A stretch of DNA of 64,000 bases from Bacillota bacterium (GTDB taxonomy: Bacteria; Bacillota; Ch66; Ch109): positions 192,001 to 256,000 of the forward strand of contig JBMNLH010000001.1 of NCBI GenBank assembly GCA_050952625.1. The letters are read 5' to 3'. A model generated the notes under the pieces. That model searched no databases, was not told the origin of the DNA, and was given only the letters and a program-made list of their open reading frames with translations. The translations under genes were made by a program, and so were the position numbers. Shown here one piece after another: positions 29,114-39,418 of this stretch (its first letter is position 1; each line of letters begins with the position of its first letter).

Positions 29114-29719
29114 TTGATCAATTTACAAAAAGGCCAAAAGATCGACCTAACTAAAACCAATCCGGGATTATCCAAGATTATGGTTGGTTTAGGCTGGGAC
29201 CCGGCGGATAATGCCGGCGGTGGGGGCTTCCTGGGCAGCCTGTTTGGTGGAGGCAAATCCAATATCGACTGCGATGCATCCGTTTTTATGCTTGACGCGA
29301 ACGGTAAGTGGGCTAAACCGAAAAACCTGGTATATTACGGCAACTTGACGAGTCCGTGCGGCAGTGTCCGTCACGCTGGGGACAACCTGACGGGTAAAGG
29401 CGAAGGTGACGACGAACAGATTCACATCGATCTATCAAAAGTTCCCAGTGATGTTCACCGCCTCGTATTTGTGGTTAATATTTATAAGTGCGTTGAGCGC
29501 AAACAGCATTTTGGCATGATTCGCAATGCGTTTATTCGGGTGGTTAACAGCGCAAATGGACAAGAGTTATGCAAATTTAATCTAACTGACCAGTACGCGA
29601 ATAAGACTACTTTAATCACCGGGGAAGTGTACCGACACCAAGGCGAGTGGAAATTTGCCGCCCTAGGCGAAGCCACAACCGATCCTGGACTGCAGGCCTT
29701 GAGTAGCCGTTACATGTAG
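29114..29719 (+). CDS. TerD-family protein (TerZ/YceC-like)
   Basis: TerD motifs with a Gly-rich insertion (GGGFLGSLFGGG). Confidence 0.9.
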   Translation: MINLQKGQKIDLTKTNPGLSKIMVGLGWDPADNAGGGGFLGSLFGGGKSNIDCDASVFMLDANGKWAKPKNLVYYGNLTSPCGSVRHAGDNLTGKGEGDDEQIHIDLSKVPSDVHRLVFVVNIYKCVERKQHFGMIRNAFIRVVNSANGQELCKFNLTDQYANKTTLITGEVYRHQGEWKFAALGEATTDPGLQALSSRYM

Positions 29720-29762
29720 GATTATAAAAAAGATAATGAAAAAGATATAAGGAGAGAATTGT

Positions 29763-30341
29763 ATGATTTCTTTAGCGAAAGGGCAAAAAATCGATTTGAC
29801 CAAGACTAACCCGGGCCTAACCAAAATATTGGTTGGCCTCGGTTGGGATACCAATAAGTACGATGGTGGACATGAATTTGACCTGGATGTAGTCGCTTTC
29901 TTAGTCAATAAAGAGGGTAAAGCGACTGGTGATGGAGCTTTCATTTTCTATAACAACCTGCAGGATCCCAGCGGTTCCGTTGTTCTGTCCGGGGACAACC
30001 GCACTGGTGAAGGCGAAGGTGACGATGAATCATTAAAAATCAATTTGGCTGGTGTTCCCGCTGAGGTAGAGAAGATTGCTATTTGCATTAATATTCACGA
30101 GGCGGCTGAACGCAACCAAAATTTTGGTCAGGTTTCTAACGCCTATGTACGGGTAGTCAACGAGGATAATGGCGAGGAATTGCTCCGTTATGACTTGGGT
30201 GAGGACTATTCCATCGAAACCGGCCTGGTGGCCGCTGAAATCTACCGTCACAGCGGTGAATGGAAATTTAATGCGGTCGGCAGCGGGTTCCAAGGAGGAT
30301 TGTCAGCCTTAGCCGCTACCTATGGCTTAAATGCCGGTTAG
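29763..30341 (+). CDS. TerD/TerE-family stress protein
   Basis: [13 protein letters not shown] and WKFNAVGSG motifs. Confidence 0.92.
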   Translation: MISLAKGQKIDLTKTNPGLTKILVGLGWDTNKYDGGHEFDLDVVAFLVNKEGKATGDGAFIFYNNLQDPSGSVVLSGDNRTGEGEGDDESLKINLAGVPAEVEKIAICINIHEAAERNQNFGQVSNAYVRVVNEDNGEELLRYDLGEDYSIETGLVAAEIYRHSGEWKFNAVGSGFQGGLSALAATYGLNAG

Positions 30342-30417
30342 ACTAGCCGCAAGATAATAACGCCCTAAATCCGATTAACATTAACAATCAATAATCAATC
30401 AAATATGGAAACTGAAT

Positions 30418-30445
30418 AAGGGGTGCTGATATTAGCACCCCTTTA
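30418..30445. terminator. Hairpin terminator after the terD trio
   Basis: aaggggtgct-gatatt-agcacccctt. Confidence 0.65.
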
Positions 30446-30540
30446 TAAAAAACCCAAAGGTTATTTTCTATAACTCAGAAAGGATAAGGGGGCTTTCTGA
30501 TAATAAGTAAGGCAACCAGTAAGGGATAAATAGGGGGGGA

Positions 30541-31782
30541 TTGGCTATTGACCAAGCGATAGCTGAAAAATCAGATGAACAAAGGCTGAAAAGGCTGAAT
30601 TATTTTAATTTTTTGAGTCCGGAACAAAAGCAACAGATATTTTATCTTCCACCGACCGAAGAACCGTTAAATGCTGATAAAGTGACCCTGTCGCATGCCT
30701 TGGGAGCTACCTTATATATGCCGGGGAATTCTACTGAAGCAATTAGTAAGGTGATTAACTATGAAATTCCCGGTCTTATTTCGTGTGTGTTGTGTCTGGA
30801 AGATGCGGTAGACGATCGAGATGTTCTTGATGCGGAAAGAAACCTTGCCCAATTACTAGTCCCTCTCCAGGCAACAACCGTTAAAGGCAGTCAACCGCCC
30901 TATGTTTTTATCCGCGTCAGGAGTATCGACCAGTTTAAAAGATTAACCCAAACCCTCGGGCCGTCACTTGAGGCCATAACCGGTTTCGTGTTCCCAAAGT
31001 TTGACGCGGTTACGGGCTGGGAGTATTTTGAACACTTGGTCGAGATAAACAAGTGGTGCGCAAAAACTATCTACGGGATGCCGATCCTGGAGTCTCCCCC
31101 GGCAATCTATTTGGAATCGAGGTTTGAGTACCTTATTAAAGTCAAGGAACTATTGGACAAGTATAAGAGCTGGGTACTAAATGTGCGCATAGGCGCAACG
31201 GATTTATCCGGAGTGTATGGCCTGCGGCGAGGACCGGAGCTAACCATCTATGACATTGGCGTTATTCGTGATTTTATTAGCCTGCTGGTGAATGTTTTTG
31301 GCCGGCCTCAGGATGGATACGTTATTTCCGGCCCGGTTTGGGAGTATTTTTCTGCCGGCCCCCGGGTATTAAAGCCTCAGTTAAGGCAATCACCTTTTCG
31401 AGAGCGATATGGCAGCGAGGGCAAAAAGGTACGCCAAAATTTGTTAGGTCGTTATTTGGATGGGCTTATTCGAGAAGTAATGTTGGATAAGGCCAATGGA
31501 ATAATCGGCAAGACTGTTATTCACCCCAGTCATATCCTGCCGGTTCAATCCCTCTACACGGTAACGCATGAGGAATACTGTGATGCCAAAGATGTCTTGG
31601 CTAATGGGGGAAACGGCGGGGTTACCAAAAGTGTTTATAACAACAAGATGAACGAACCCAAGCCGCACGTTAATTGGGCCCAAAAAGTGATGACATTGGC
31701 CAAGATATATGGGGTGTTAAAAGAAGACCATGACTATACAAGCATTATCTACGAAGGAGATAAGTTATCGAGTACTGGATGA
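30541..31782 (+). CDS. Ter-associated HpcH/HpaI aldolase/citrate-lyase-like protein
   Basis: LGATLYMP, LCLEDAV, RIGATD, GPVWEYF and KMNEPKPH motifs. Confidence 0.9.
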   Translation: MAIDQAIAEKSDEQRLKRLNYFNFLSPEQKQQIFYLPPTEEPLNADKVTLSHALGATLYMPGNSTEAISKVINYEIPGLISCVLCLEDAVDDRDVLDAERNLAQLLVPLQATTVKGSQPPYVFIRVRSIDQFKRLTQTLGPSLEAITGFVFPKFDAVTGWEYFEHLVEINKWCAKTIYGMPILESPPAIYLESRFEYLIKVKELLDKYKSWVLNVRIGATDLSGVYGLRRGPELTIYDIGVIRDFISLLVNVFGRPQDGYVISGPVWEYFSAGPRVLKPQLRQSPFRERYGSEGKKVRQNLLGRYLDGLIREVMLDKANGIIGKTVIHPSHILPVQSLYTVTHEEYCDAKDVLANGGNGGVTKSVYNNKMNEPKPHVNWAQKVMTLAKIYGVLKEDHDYTSIIYEGDKLSSTG

Positions 31783-33064
31783 ACTGAGCGTCAGGCTTAA
31801 AGTGGAGGAAAACCCCTACTTTCTGGCTCTTGATAACGTCTTTTCCATGGCCGCCCGCAATAATCCCAAAAGAAGTTATTTGTTTGTCAGTAAATTAATC
31901 GGGAAACACATTCCGGTCCGCCCCGCGGTTCCGTTTGTTGCGGGATTCCTCTTGGCCTCAAGATTGGCCGAAGTCCTGGGGTTGGCGGTTGATCAGAGAA
32001 AAATCAATGAAGCCGTGACAATCCTGTCAGACGATTTTGACCATGACTTTCGGAGCAAACCATATTCTTTTCCGGGTCGGGCTTTGTTTATTGGTTTTGC
32101 GGAAACAGCAACGGCACTTGGTCACGCGGTGTTTAACTCTTACGCCGGAGCAGTTCAGTATTTGCACACAACTCGAGAAAACTTGCTCGGGGCCCACGAT
32201 ACTCTTTTTTTTACTGAAGATCACTGCCACGCCCCGGATCAGCGATGCCTGATTCCCGATTCCTCTCTGATGCAAGGGCATGACCTGGTAGTGTTGATTG
32301 ACGACGAAATCACCTCAGGCAATACCGGCCTGAATATTATAAAAGCGATCCAACAAAAGTATCCTCAAAAAAAATATGTTATCTTGACGATTCTAGACTG
32401 GCGTTCTCCGGCCGCGCAGGCTAAATACAAGTCAGCAGCCGAGGAACTAGGCGTAGAGATTAAGGTCGTTTCTCTGCTCAAAGGAAGGTTTTGGGCCGAG
32501 GGCATGGCCCCGGTTATTAAAGAACCATTGATAACCGAGGCGAGTGGCGGGTCGGCACCGAGATACCTTGAGGAAAAAATGGGGTTGGAGATCAAGGCCC
32601 CTTTAGTTGGTGGACCGGCCACCAATTATTTGGGTTATACCGGTCGGTTTGGCCTGAATGCCTGGCATAATAGCCGTTTATTGACGGAGGCCCGAGAAAT
32701 TGGGCAGTGCTTGGCATCCCAAAGAAAGGGAAAAAGGACGCTCTGCTTGGGGACTGGCGAGTTTATGTATATACCTTTTTTAATTGCCAAATACATGGGT
32801 GAAGGGATCCAGGTGCAATCAACGACGCGCAGTCCGGTACACCCCTGCCAAAGGGAGGATTACGCTGTTAAACAAGCCATCCGGTTTCGAGATCCCTTTA
32901 TCCCAGAGGTAAAGAATTACGTCTATAATATCCCACCGAATCGTTATGACGAGGTTTTTGTGTTTTGGGAGAAAAAAGTGCTGGCCGAGCAAGTCGCCCC
33001 GTTTGTCCAAGCCATGGAGCAATTAGCGATAAACAACATTGTTTTTGTCAGTTTTTGTCACTAA
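31730..33064 (+). CDS. Ter-associated phosphoribosyltransferase with TRSP domain
   Basis: RNNPKRSYLFVSKLIGKH, GFAETATALG, IDDEITSGNT and STTRSP motifs. Confidence 0.9.
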   Translation: MTIQALSTKEISYRVLDELSVRLKVEENPYFLALDNVFSMAARNNPKRSYLFVSKLIGKHIPVRPAVPFVAGFLLASRLAEVLGLAVDQRKINEAVTILSDDFDHDFRSKPYSFPGRALFIGFAETATALGHAVFNSYAGAVQYLHTTRENLLGAHDTLFFTEDHCHAPDQRCLIPDSSLMQGHDLVVLIDDEITSGNTGLNIIKAIQQKYPQKKYVILTILDWRSPAAQAKYKSAAEELGVEIKVVSLLKGRFWAEGMAPVIKEPLITEASGGSAPRYLEEKMGLEIKAPLVGGPATNYLGYTGRFGLNAWHNSRLLTEAREIGQCLASQRKGKRTLCLGTGEFMYIPFLIAKYMGEGIQVQSTTRSPVHPCQREDYAVKQAIRFRDPFIPEVKNYVYNIPPNRYDEVFVFWEKKVLAEQVAPFVQAMEQLAINNIVFVSFCH

Positions 33065-33076
33065 ATTCTGGGAGGG

Positions 33077-34255
33077 TTGGTTATTAATTCTGCATCTGAA
33101 CTAAGGATCCATGATCGCCTGCGAGATTATCCGCTCGTCCCAGATCCGCCGCATTTAGGCAGTTACTCGGCCCAGGATGTTGTTTTTTTGTTAAAGGATA
33201 TTGGTTCTGATGTTCAAGAACAGGGCAATGAGGAACGAGAGCGGGCGATTCAAAATGGGAAACATTACTCGGAAATGTTGCCAATCGAATATGAACCGAC
33301 GCCGGAATACCTTGATCTTTTCCACCAATCGTTACAAGAATCTGGCTATCGACTGGCCTTGGCCACAGCCATTGTCGCGGAAACTATCCTCAGTAAACGC
33401 GGCCACCACGTAGTGCTGGTTTCACTGGCGAGGGCCGGAACTCCAATTGGCATTCTCATCAAAAGATATCTTCTACAGTTTTATGGCCTCAACGTTCCGC
33501 ATTACAGCATTTCAATTATCCGGGATAAGGGTATTGACAAGCAGGCTTTGATCTATATCCTGCAGCGGTATCCCCGGAGCGCGATTCAGTTTATTGACGG
33601 TTGGACCGGTAAAGGAGCTATTGCCCGGGAACTGGTTAAATCGGTTCTTGATTTTGAGCAAGAGTTTGGTCTGCCGTCAGGGACAATTCCCAGGGATCTG
33701 GCGGTGCTGGCTGACCCGGGACACTGTGCCAACATTTTTGGCACCCGGGATGATTTTTTAATCCCGAGTGCCTGCTTGAATTCAACAGTCTCCGGCTTAA
33801 TGTCCAGAACCTTCTATCGGGAGGACCTGATTGGGCCTCAGGATTTTCACGGAGCGAAGTTTTACCGGGAACTCTTAGCTAAGGACCTATCCAATTATTT
33901 TGTGGATACCGTGGCCGGCTATTATGCGGCGGCGCAGCCGGCAGCCCGAAGTTTGCTGAAAAACAACCCGGATTATGGGGCGGATCAAAATCCCGCTTGG
34001 CTGGGCCAAAAAGACGCCCAAAAGATTCAAATGAAATACGGCCTTAGCAGCATCAACTATGTCAAACCGGGCGTAGGGGAAACTACGCGGGTGCTTTTGC
34101 GGCGTATCCCGTGGAAGGTCCTGGTTAAGGACCCCGCTAACCCTGATCTAAAACACATTCAGATACTGGCGGCGGACCGAGGGGTGCCGGTTGAAGAGTG
34201 TTCGGACCTGAGTTATTCCTGCTATGGTTTGATTAAGACCCTGGGGGATATGTAA
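33077..34255 (+). CDS. StiP-family protein (PRTase-like plus PELOTA-like RNA-binding domain)
   Basis: HYSEML, SLARAGTP, DGWTGKG, IPSACLNSTVSGL and KPGVGETTRVLLRR motifs. Confidence 0.9.
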   Translation: MVINSASELRIHDRLRDYPLVPDPPHLGSYSAQDVVFLLKDIGSDVQEQGNEERERAIQNGKHYSEMLPIEYEPTPEYLDLFHQSLQESGYRLALATAIVAETILSKRGHHVVLVSLARAGTPIGILIKRYLLQFYGLNVPHYSISIIRDKGIDKQALIYILQRYPRSAIQFIDGWTGKGAIARELVKSVLDFEQEFGLPSGTIPRDLAVLADPGHCANIFGTRDDFLIPSACLNSTVSGLMSRTFYREDLIGPQDFHGAKFYRELLAKDLSNYFVDTVAGYYAAAQPAARSLLKNNPDYGADQNPAWLGQKDAQKIQMKYGLSSINYVKPGVGETTRVLLRRIPWKVLVKDPANPDLKHIQILAADRGVPVEECSDLSYSCYGLIKTLGDM

Positions 34256-35067
34256 TGATCTTTGCCAGTGATTTGGATCGGACCTTGATCTATTCAGAGA
34301 AGTTTTTACAAGGCTATGTTGGTCAGGTAAGAGCGGTTGAATCTGGCCAGTATAATTCTTACATGACCCAGCGGGCCACAGGGTTATTAAGACAGATCGC
34401 CCGTTGCCTGCTTTTTATCCCCTGCACTACCCGAACGATTGAACAATACCAGCGGATTCAATTCTTTCAAACGGAAGTAATCCCCCGTTATGCCTTGGCC
34501 AGTAATGGAGCTAATCTCCTGGTCGAGGGTGCTGTTGACCGCGTTTTCCAGAAAAGCATTTTTCACACCCTCGCCAACGAGTGCTTGGCTGGCCCGGAAA
34601 TAATTAAAGAATTTGGCCGGTTGGCCAGTGCGGAATGGACGCAGCCGCTGCGTGAGGCTGATGGAGTTTTTTACTACTGCGTCATTGACCGAACCAAAGC
34701 ACCGCGGCAAGAGTTAGCCCGGTTCAGGGACTGGGCCCGCAAACAAAACTGGGAGCTGTCAATTCAGGGGAGAAAACTCTATTTAGTGCCGGCGGTGATC
34801 AACAAGGGAACAGCCTTAAAGCGCATGGCAGAAATAACCGGGGATGACCGGATTATTAGCGTCGGGGATTCTTTGCTCGACTTACCGCTTCTCTTAGAAG
34901 CTGAATATGCCATTTCCCCGGCCCACGGTGAATTATACGAGGAATTATACGAGCAGTTTGCCAATTCCGGTCGCTGGAAGTTTACCGAAGTATCCGGGAT
35001 AGGAGCCGGCGAAGAAATATTAGAGTTAGCTTTAGACTACGCTGGATTTAGAACAAGCTGGATCTAG
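34255..35067 (+). CDS. HAD-family phosphatase (ter-associated)
   Basis: FASDLDRTLIYS and GDSLLD motifs. Confidence 0.9.
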   Translation: MIFASDLDRTLIYSEKFLQGYVGQVRAVESGQYNSYMTQRATGLLRQIARCLLFIPCTTRTIEQYQRIQFFQTEVIPRYALASNGANLLVEGAVDRVFQKSIFHTLANECLAGPEIIKEFGRLASAEWTQPLREADGVFYYCVIDRTKAPRQELARFRDWARKQNWELSIQGRKLYLVPAVINKGTALKRMAEITGDDRIISVGDSLLDLPLLLEAEYAISPAHGELYEELYEQFANSGRWKFTEVSGIGAGEEILELALDYAGFRTSWI

Positions 35068-35282
35068 AACAAATTCAAGGCAACATTAAAACCATTAATT
35101 GACAGTATTTGCAAGGTAATAGCATATTTCTTGTAGTTTATGTTATTTTCATCCGTGGCTGTGCCTAGCGGGCATGGGCGGTTAATAGAAAATAAGTTAT
35201 GAGCCAAAACCAATTATTTGCTTTGGCGATTGTGCCTAGCAGGCATTGATGGCTAATAAAGAATGAGGAGAGGGGTCGGATA

Positions 35283-35966
35283 ATGAAACACCAAATTTTA
35301 TACCCGGGTGCATTCCCCTTAGTACAAATCAATCTGGAACACGGCGAGATGATTAAGGCAGAATCTGACGCCATGGTAGCTATGTCGAACACGGTTGATG
35401 TAGAAGGCAAGATGGATGGCGGGCTGCTCGGAGGACTGGCTCGGATGGTGGCGGGAGAAAGCTTTTTCTTTCAGACTCTCACTGCTCGTCGGGGCCCGGG
35501 GGAGGTCTTATTGGCCCCTGCAATCCCGGGTGACGTTATTGATGTGGAACTGGATGGTTCTTACAGTCTGGTCGTTCAAAAAGACGGGTTTTTAGCCGGC
35601 TCGGCTGACCTTCAAGTTTCGACCAAAATGCAGAACCTAGCGCAGGGAATATTCTCCGGGGAAGGTTTTTTTGTGGTTAAGGTAAGTGGAAAAGGACTGG
35701 TGTTCCTCAATACCTACGGGGGCATCCACATCATTAATCTCGAGCCCGGTCAGGAGTATATTGTGGATAATAGTCATCTGGTTGCTTGGCCGGAATACAT
35801 GAATTATACCATTGAAAAAGCCTCCAGCGGGTGGATTTCGACTTTTACTTCGGGTGAGGTAGCTGTGTGTCGGTTCCGGGGACCAGGGCCGGTCATTATC
35901 CAAACGAGAAACCCTGGAGGATTTGGCAATTGGCTACGCCAATTCATTCCCCAAGGGAGACGCTAG
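35283..35966 (+). CDS. AIM24/TIGR00266-family protein
   Basis: AESDAMVAMS, GESFF, SGEGFF and VDNSHLVAW motifs. Confidence 0.9.
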   Translation: MKHQILYPGAFPLVQINLEHGEMIKAESDAMVAMSNTVDVEGKMDGGLLGGLARMVAGESFFFQTLTARRGPGEVLLAPAIPGDVIDVELDGSYSLVVQKDGFLAGSADLQVSTKMQNLAQGIFSGEGFFVVKVSGKGLVFLNTYGGIHIINLEPGQEYIVDNSHLVAWPEYMNYTIEKASSGWISTFTSGEVAVCRFRGPGPVIIQTRNPGGFGNWLRQFIPQGRR

Positions 35967-36095
35967 TAAACTTGATGTGAAATTACTTACTTGGTTGTCG
36001 GTTATTGTGTTGGTCACTGTCTGACAGCCGGACCGACGTTGACTGCTTAGTTTACCGCTTACATTTTATTATTTTTGAAAGGGAGGGTGTAGTCA

Positions 36096-37391
36096 ATGCT
36101 GGTTACGAGGGGACAGAAAGCGGACCTGACCAAAAAGTATCCCGGTTTGACTGAAGTTATTATCGAAATGGGTTGGGATAATGGTGGAAGGAATATCGAG
36201 ATTGATGCAGCGGCCTTTATGCTCCAGGGTAACGGCAAGTGTCGGGGAGATGAGGATTTTATCTTTTACGGGAACCCAACTGGCCGAAACGGAGGAGTAC
36301 AGATCCAAAATGCCGCGGCTCCCGGTACGGCTAAGATAAAGATCAACTTAAACACCGTTCCTCCTGATGTGGCCAAGATTGCGTTTACCCTTACTATTTA
36401 TGAAGGTCCCCAAAGAGGGCATTCTTTTGGCCAGGTGCCAAGTGCTTACCTGCGAGTTGCTAATCTCGGGAACGAGGAACTGCTTCGCTTTAATATGGGC
36501 CGAGAATTTCAGACCGAAACAGCCATTGTGGTGGCTGAGCTTTATCGACATAGCGGAGAATGGAAGTTAAACTCGATTGCGATGGGTTATCAGGGTGGTC
36601 TGGCGGCATTGTGTGGTGGTTTTGGGATTGTGGTGGATAATAACCAGACAGCTAACCCGGCTCCTCAGAAATCACCAGCCCCGACAATCAAATCCCCAAG
36701 CCGTTCCGAACCCCAGGCCTCGCCTCAGGCCTTGCCTCAGGCTTCACCCCAGGCCTCACCTCAGCCCAAGCTTAACCTGAGCAAAATTGAGTTAAAGAAA
36801 AAGGGCGATAAGATCAACCTGGAGAAAAAGGCCAATAACAAATTGGGCGAGATTTTGATCAATCTGAATTGGAACCAAAAGGCCCAACCTACCGGCTTTT
36901 TTGGGTCCCTGCTGGGCGGCAACAAAGGGATTGATCTTGATCTCGGCTGCCTGATTGAGATGCGGAATGGGGATAAAGGAGTTATCCAAGCCCTCGGCAA
37001 ATCTTTTGGTTCTTATCATACTTATCCCTATATTGCACTGGATGGTGATGATCGAACCGGGGCGGTGGCGTCCGGGGAAAATATCCGGATTAACGGCGAC
37101 CATATCCCGGAGTTTAAGCGAATACTTGTGTTTACCTTTATTTATGAAGGGGCGACCAACTGGGCTGAAGCCGATGGGGTGGTCACTATCAAACAGCCGG
37201 GCGGCCCGGATATTGTGGTGAAACTGGACGAGCATGATAATCGCAAAAACATGTGCGCCATTGCCTTAATCGAAAACATGAATAATGAGACCTTTAGCAT
37301 AGAACGCCTGGTTCGTTATTTCCCCGGGCACAGACAGATGGATGAAGCCTTTAGGTGGGGCCTGCGCTGGAAAGCGGGTCGTAAAGATTAG
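36096..37391 (+). CDS. terA: TerA-like protein (TerD domain, Pro/Gln linker, TerA C-domain)
   Basis: N-terminal TerD domain; PQAS repeats; DLDLGCL, LDGDDRTG and WGLRWKAGRK motifs. Confidence 0.85.
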   Translation: MLVTRGQKADLTKKYPGLTEVIIEMGWDNGGRNIEIDAAAFMLQGNGKCRGDEDFIFYGNPTGRNGGVQIQNAAAPGTAKIKINLNTVPPDVAKIAFTLTIYEGPQRGHSFGQVPSAYLRVANLGNEELLRFNMGREFQTETAIVVAELYRHSGEWKLNSIAMGYQGGLAALCGGFGIVVDNNQTANPAPQKSPAPTIKSPSRSEPQASPQALPQASPQASPQPKLNLSKIELKKKGDKINLEKKANNKLGEILINLNWNQKAQPTGFFGSLLGGNKGIDLDLGCLIEMRNGDKGVIQALGKSFGSYHTYPYIALDGDDRTGAVASGENIRINGDHIPEFKRILVFTFIYEGATNWAEADGVVTIKQPGGPDIVVKLDEHDNRKNMCAIALIENMNNETFSIERLVRYFPGHRQMDEAFRWGLRWKAGRKD

Positions 37392-37400
37392 TGTGTGGTG

Positions 37401-37437
37401 GTGAGGAGTGAGGTGTGAGGAGTGAGGTGTGAGGTGC
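37401..37437 (+). repeat. GTGAGGN heptamer tandem repeat; a second tract lies at about 46722-46750
   Basis: gtgagga gtgaggt gtgagga gtgaggt gtgaggt. Confidence 0.85.
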
Positions 37438-37533
37438 CAAACGTTTAATGTTAGAAGCAGCACATCAAACGTGGGATATTGAAGGTTAACGATTCGAATA
37501 AAGAACGGTCATTTTATGGTAAAGGAGATTGAT

Positions 37534-38550
37534 ATGGGTTTTCGGTTTTTCAAACGGATTAAGCTAATGCCGGGAGTGACGATGAACCTCAGCAAATCAG
37601 CCCCCTCTTTTTCCTTTGGCCCCCGGGGGATGAAGTATACCGTTGGGGCCTCGGGAACCCGCACCACTCTGGGGATACCCGGCACTGGCCTGTATTATAC
37701 CAAGCTCAACAGTCGGAAAAAGAAAAACCAAGATCAAGCACCACCTCCCCCCCAATCGCTCGCTGAAGCAGGCTTCTTTCGTCAGCTTTTTAGTTCACCG
37801 GAAGAAAAAAGCTTGCTTCAAGGAATGAGAAAATTTTTGGAAGGGAATCAAGCCGAAGCCTACCAGGTTTTGCAGCAGAATGCCAATTCAGTCGACAGTC
37901 AGTTTATGTGTGGCTTTATCGCCCTAGGTCAAAAGAAATATGAGCAGGCGGAAAGGCATTTTCGGTTTTGCCAGCAACGACTTGGTGAATTAGGCCAAAC
38001 CATCAAGAAGCTGGGCGGGGATTTTGAGATGCTTCTGGAAGTAACCGAATTTATTGAGGCACCGGTGTTGGCGGACCAAAGAGGCCTGACCCTGGCCATG
38101 GTGGAAGCCTACCAGCACCAAGACAAATATCAGCTGGCTCTGCAGACCTTAACCGAGATCTGGAACAGCAACCCGAGCGATAAGGTGATTTTGCTGTCAT
38201 TGACTGACCTGGTGGCCAATTCGCTGTCGTGTACCAACGAGGAATTAAAAGAGATTGCCGAACTTACCAGTGATGTAGAAAACCAGGAACCGATTGATGC
38301 TAATATTCTTTATTTGCGGGCCTATGTTTTATATCGGCTGGGATTAAAAGATGCGGCGATCAAACTAATGGGGGCGGTTGCGCGCAAGAAAAAGGACCGG
38401 CCCCGTGAACTGCTGCTCTGCGCCAAGTACATGCGGGGGCAGATGTATGAGGAGATAGGCGAAACCAAAAAGGCCAACAAAGATTATCAGGAGGTTTATG
38501 CTGAGGACCCGCAGTTTGAAGATGTCGCGGCAAAACTCGGTTTAAGCTGA
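37534..38550 (+). CDS. DUF4236 plus TPR protein
   Basis: MGFRFFKRIKLMPGVTMNLSKS...GIPGTGLYY DUF4236 signature; helical TPR-like C-terminus. Confidence 0.85.
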   Translation: MGFRFFKRIKLMPGVTMNLSKSAPSFSFGPRGMKYTVGASGTRTTLGIPGTGLYYTKLNSRKKKNQDQAPPPPQSLAEAGFFRQLFSSPEEKSLLQGMRKFLEGNQAEAYQVLQQNANSVDSQFMCGFIALGQKKYEQAERHFRFCQQRLGELGQTIKKLGGDFEMLLEVTEFIEAPVLADQRGLTLAMVEAYQHQDKYQLALQTLTEIWNSNPSDKVILLSLTDLVANSLSCTNEELKEIAELTSDVENQEPIDANILYLRAYVLYRLGLKDAAIKLMGAVARKKKDRPRELLLCAKYMRGQMYEEIGETKKANKDYQEVYAEDPQFEDVAAKLGLS

Positions 38551-38554
38551 CTGA

Positions 38555-38666
38555 TTTTGAATCACAAGACTCCTGCATTTATTAGCGGAGGTTACCTTTT
38601 AAACTTCAGGTGAAGTAGAGTCTCTGCCTGAAGCCTCCAGGTTCAAAGAAGTTGAACGAGTTTACT
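38555..38666 (+). mobile_element. IS200/IS605-type miniature element, copy G (degenerate)
   Basis: Diverged match to copies A-F. Confidence 0.7.
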
Positions 38667-38696
38667 TGATAATTTATAACGTAAGGGGGATTTTTC

Positions 38697-39356
38697 ATGT
38701 TTGATGAAATGGAAGGCGCAACTAGAAGACTGCCTGTGTATCTGCTATTAGATCGTTCTGGTTCGATGTTTGGGGAACCGATTGAGGCTGTTAAGCAAGG
38801 CATTAAGTATCTGGTTTCCTCCTTGAAAAAGGAACCCCAAGCGATTGAAACAGCTTACTTGTCGGTAATCTCCTTTGGCAGTGATGCCCGGCAGGACGTC
38901 CCTTTAACGGAACTGTCTTTATTTAAGGAGCCTAACCTGGAGGCTAATGGGACTACCTCGCTGGGTGAAGCCTTGAAAATTCTAAACCGCTGCTTAGAGA
39001 CTGAAGTAAAGAAGTCTTCCCCCACGCAAAAAGGCGATTACAAACCGCTGGTGTTCGTGATGACTGATGGGGAACCCACGGATGCCTGGGAAGGCCCGGC
39101 TCAAGAGATTAAGAAAAAGGCGGGTAAGTTAGCGAATATTGTGGCAGTAGGCTGCGGTCCGCACGTAAACACAGCGACCTTGAAGCAAATTACCGAGATC
39201 GTCCTGATGATGTCCTCTTATCAGCCAGATGATTTTAATCAGTTCTTCCGCTGGGTATCCCAATCGGTTAAACAGGCTAGTATCAAATTCACCAAGGACA
39301 GTGATCAGCCAACTAACCTGCCGGCACCACCGCCGACCATTCAAATAATACCTTAG
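38697..39356 (+). CDS. terY: TerY vWA-domain protein
   Basis: RRLPVYLLLDRSGSM MIDAS, TDGEPTD, FFRWVSQS and LPAPPP motifs. Confidence 0.92.
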   Translation: MFDEMEGATRRLPVYLLLDRSGSMFGEPIEAVKQGIKYLVSSLKKEPQAIETAYLSVISFGSDARQDVPLTELSLFKEPNLEANGTTSLGEALKILNRCLETEVKKSSPTQKGDYKPLVFVMTDGEPTDAWEGPAQEIKKKAGKLANIVAVGCGPHVNTATLKQITEIVLMMSSYQPDDFNQFFRWVSQSVKQASIKFTKDSDQPTNLPAPPPTIQIIP

Positions 39357-39418
39357 TTCTTTGGATCAAGGGCCTCTTGCTAAATGAAGGAGGCCTTCCG
39401 CATAAGGGAGGCGGAGAC

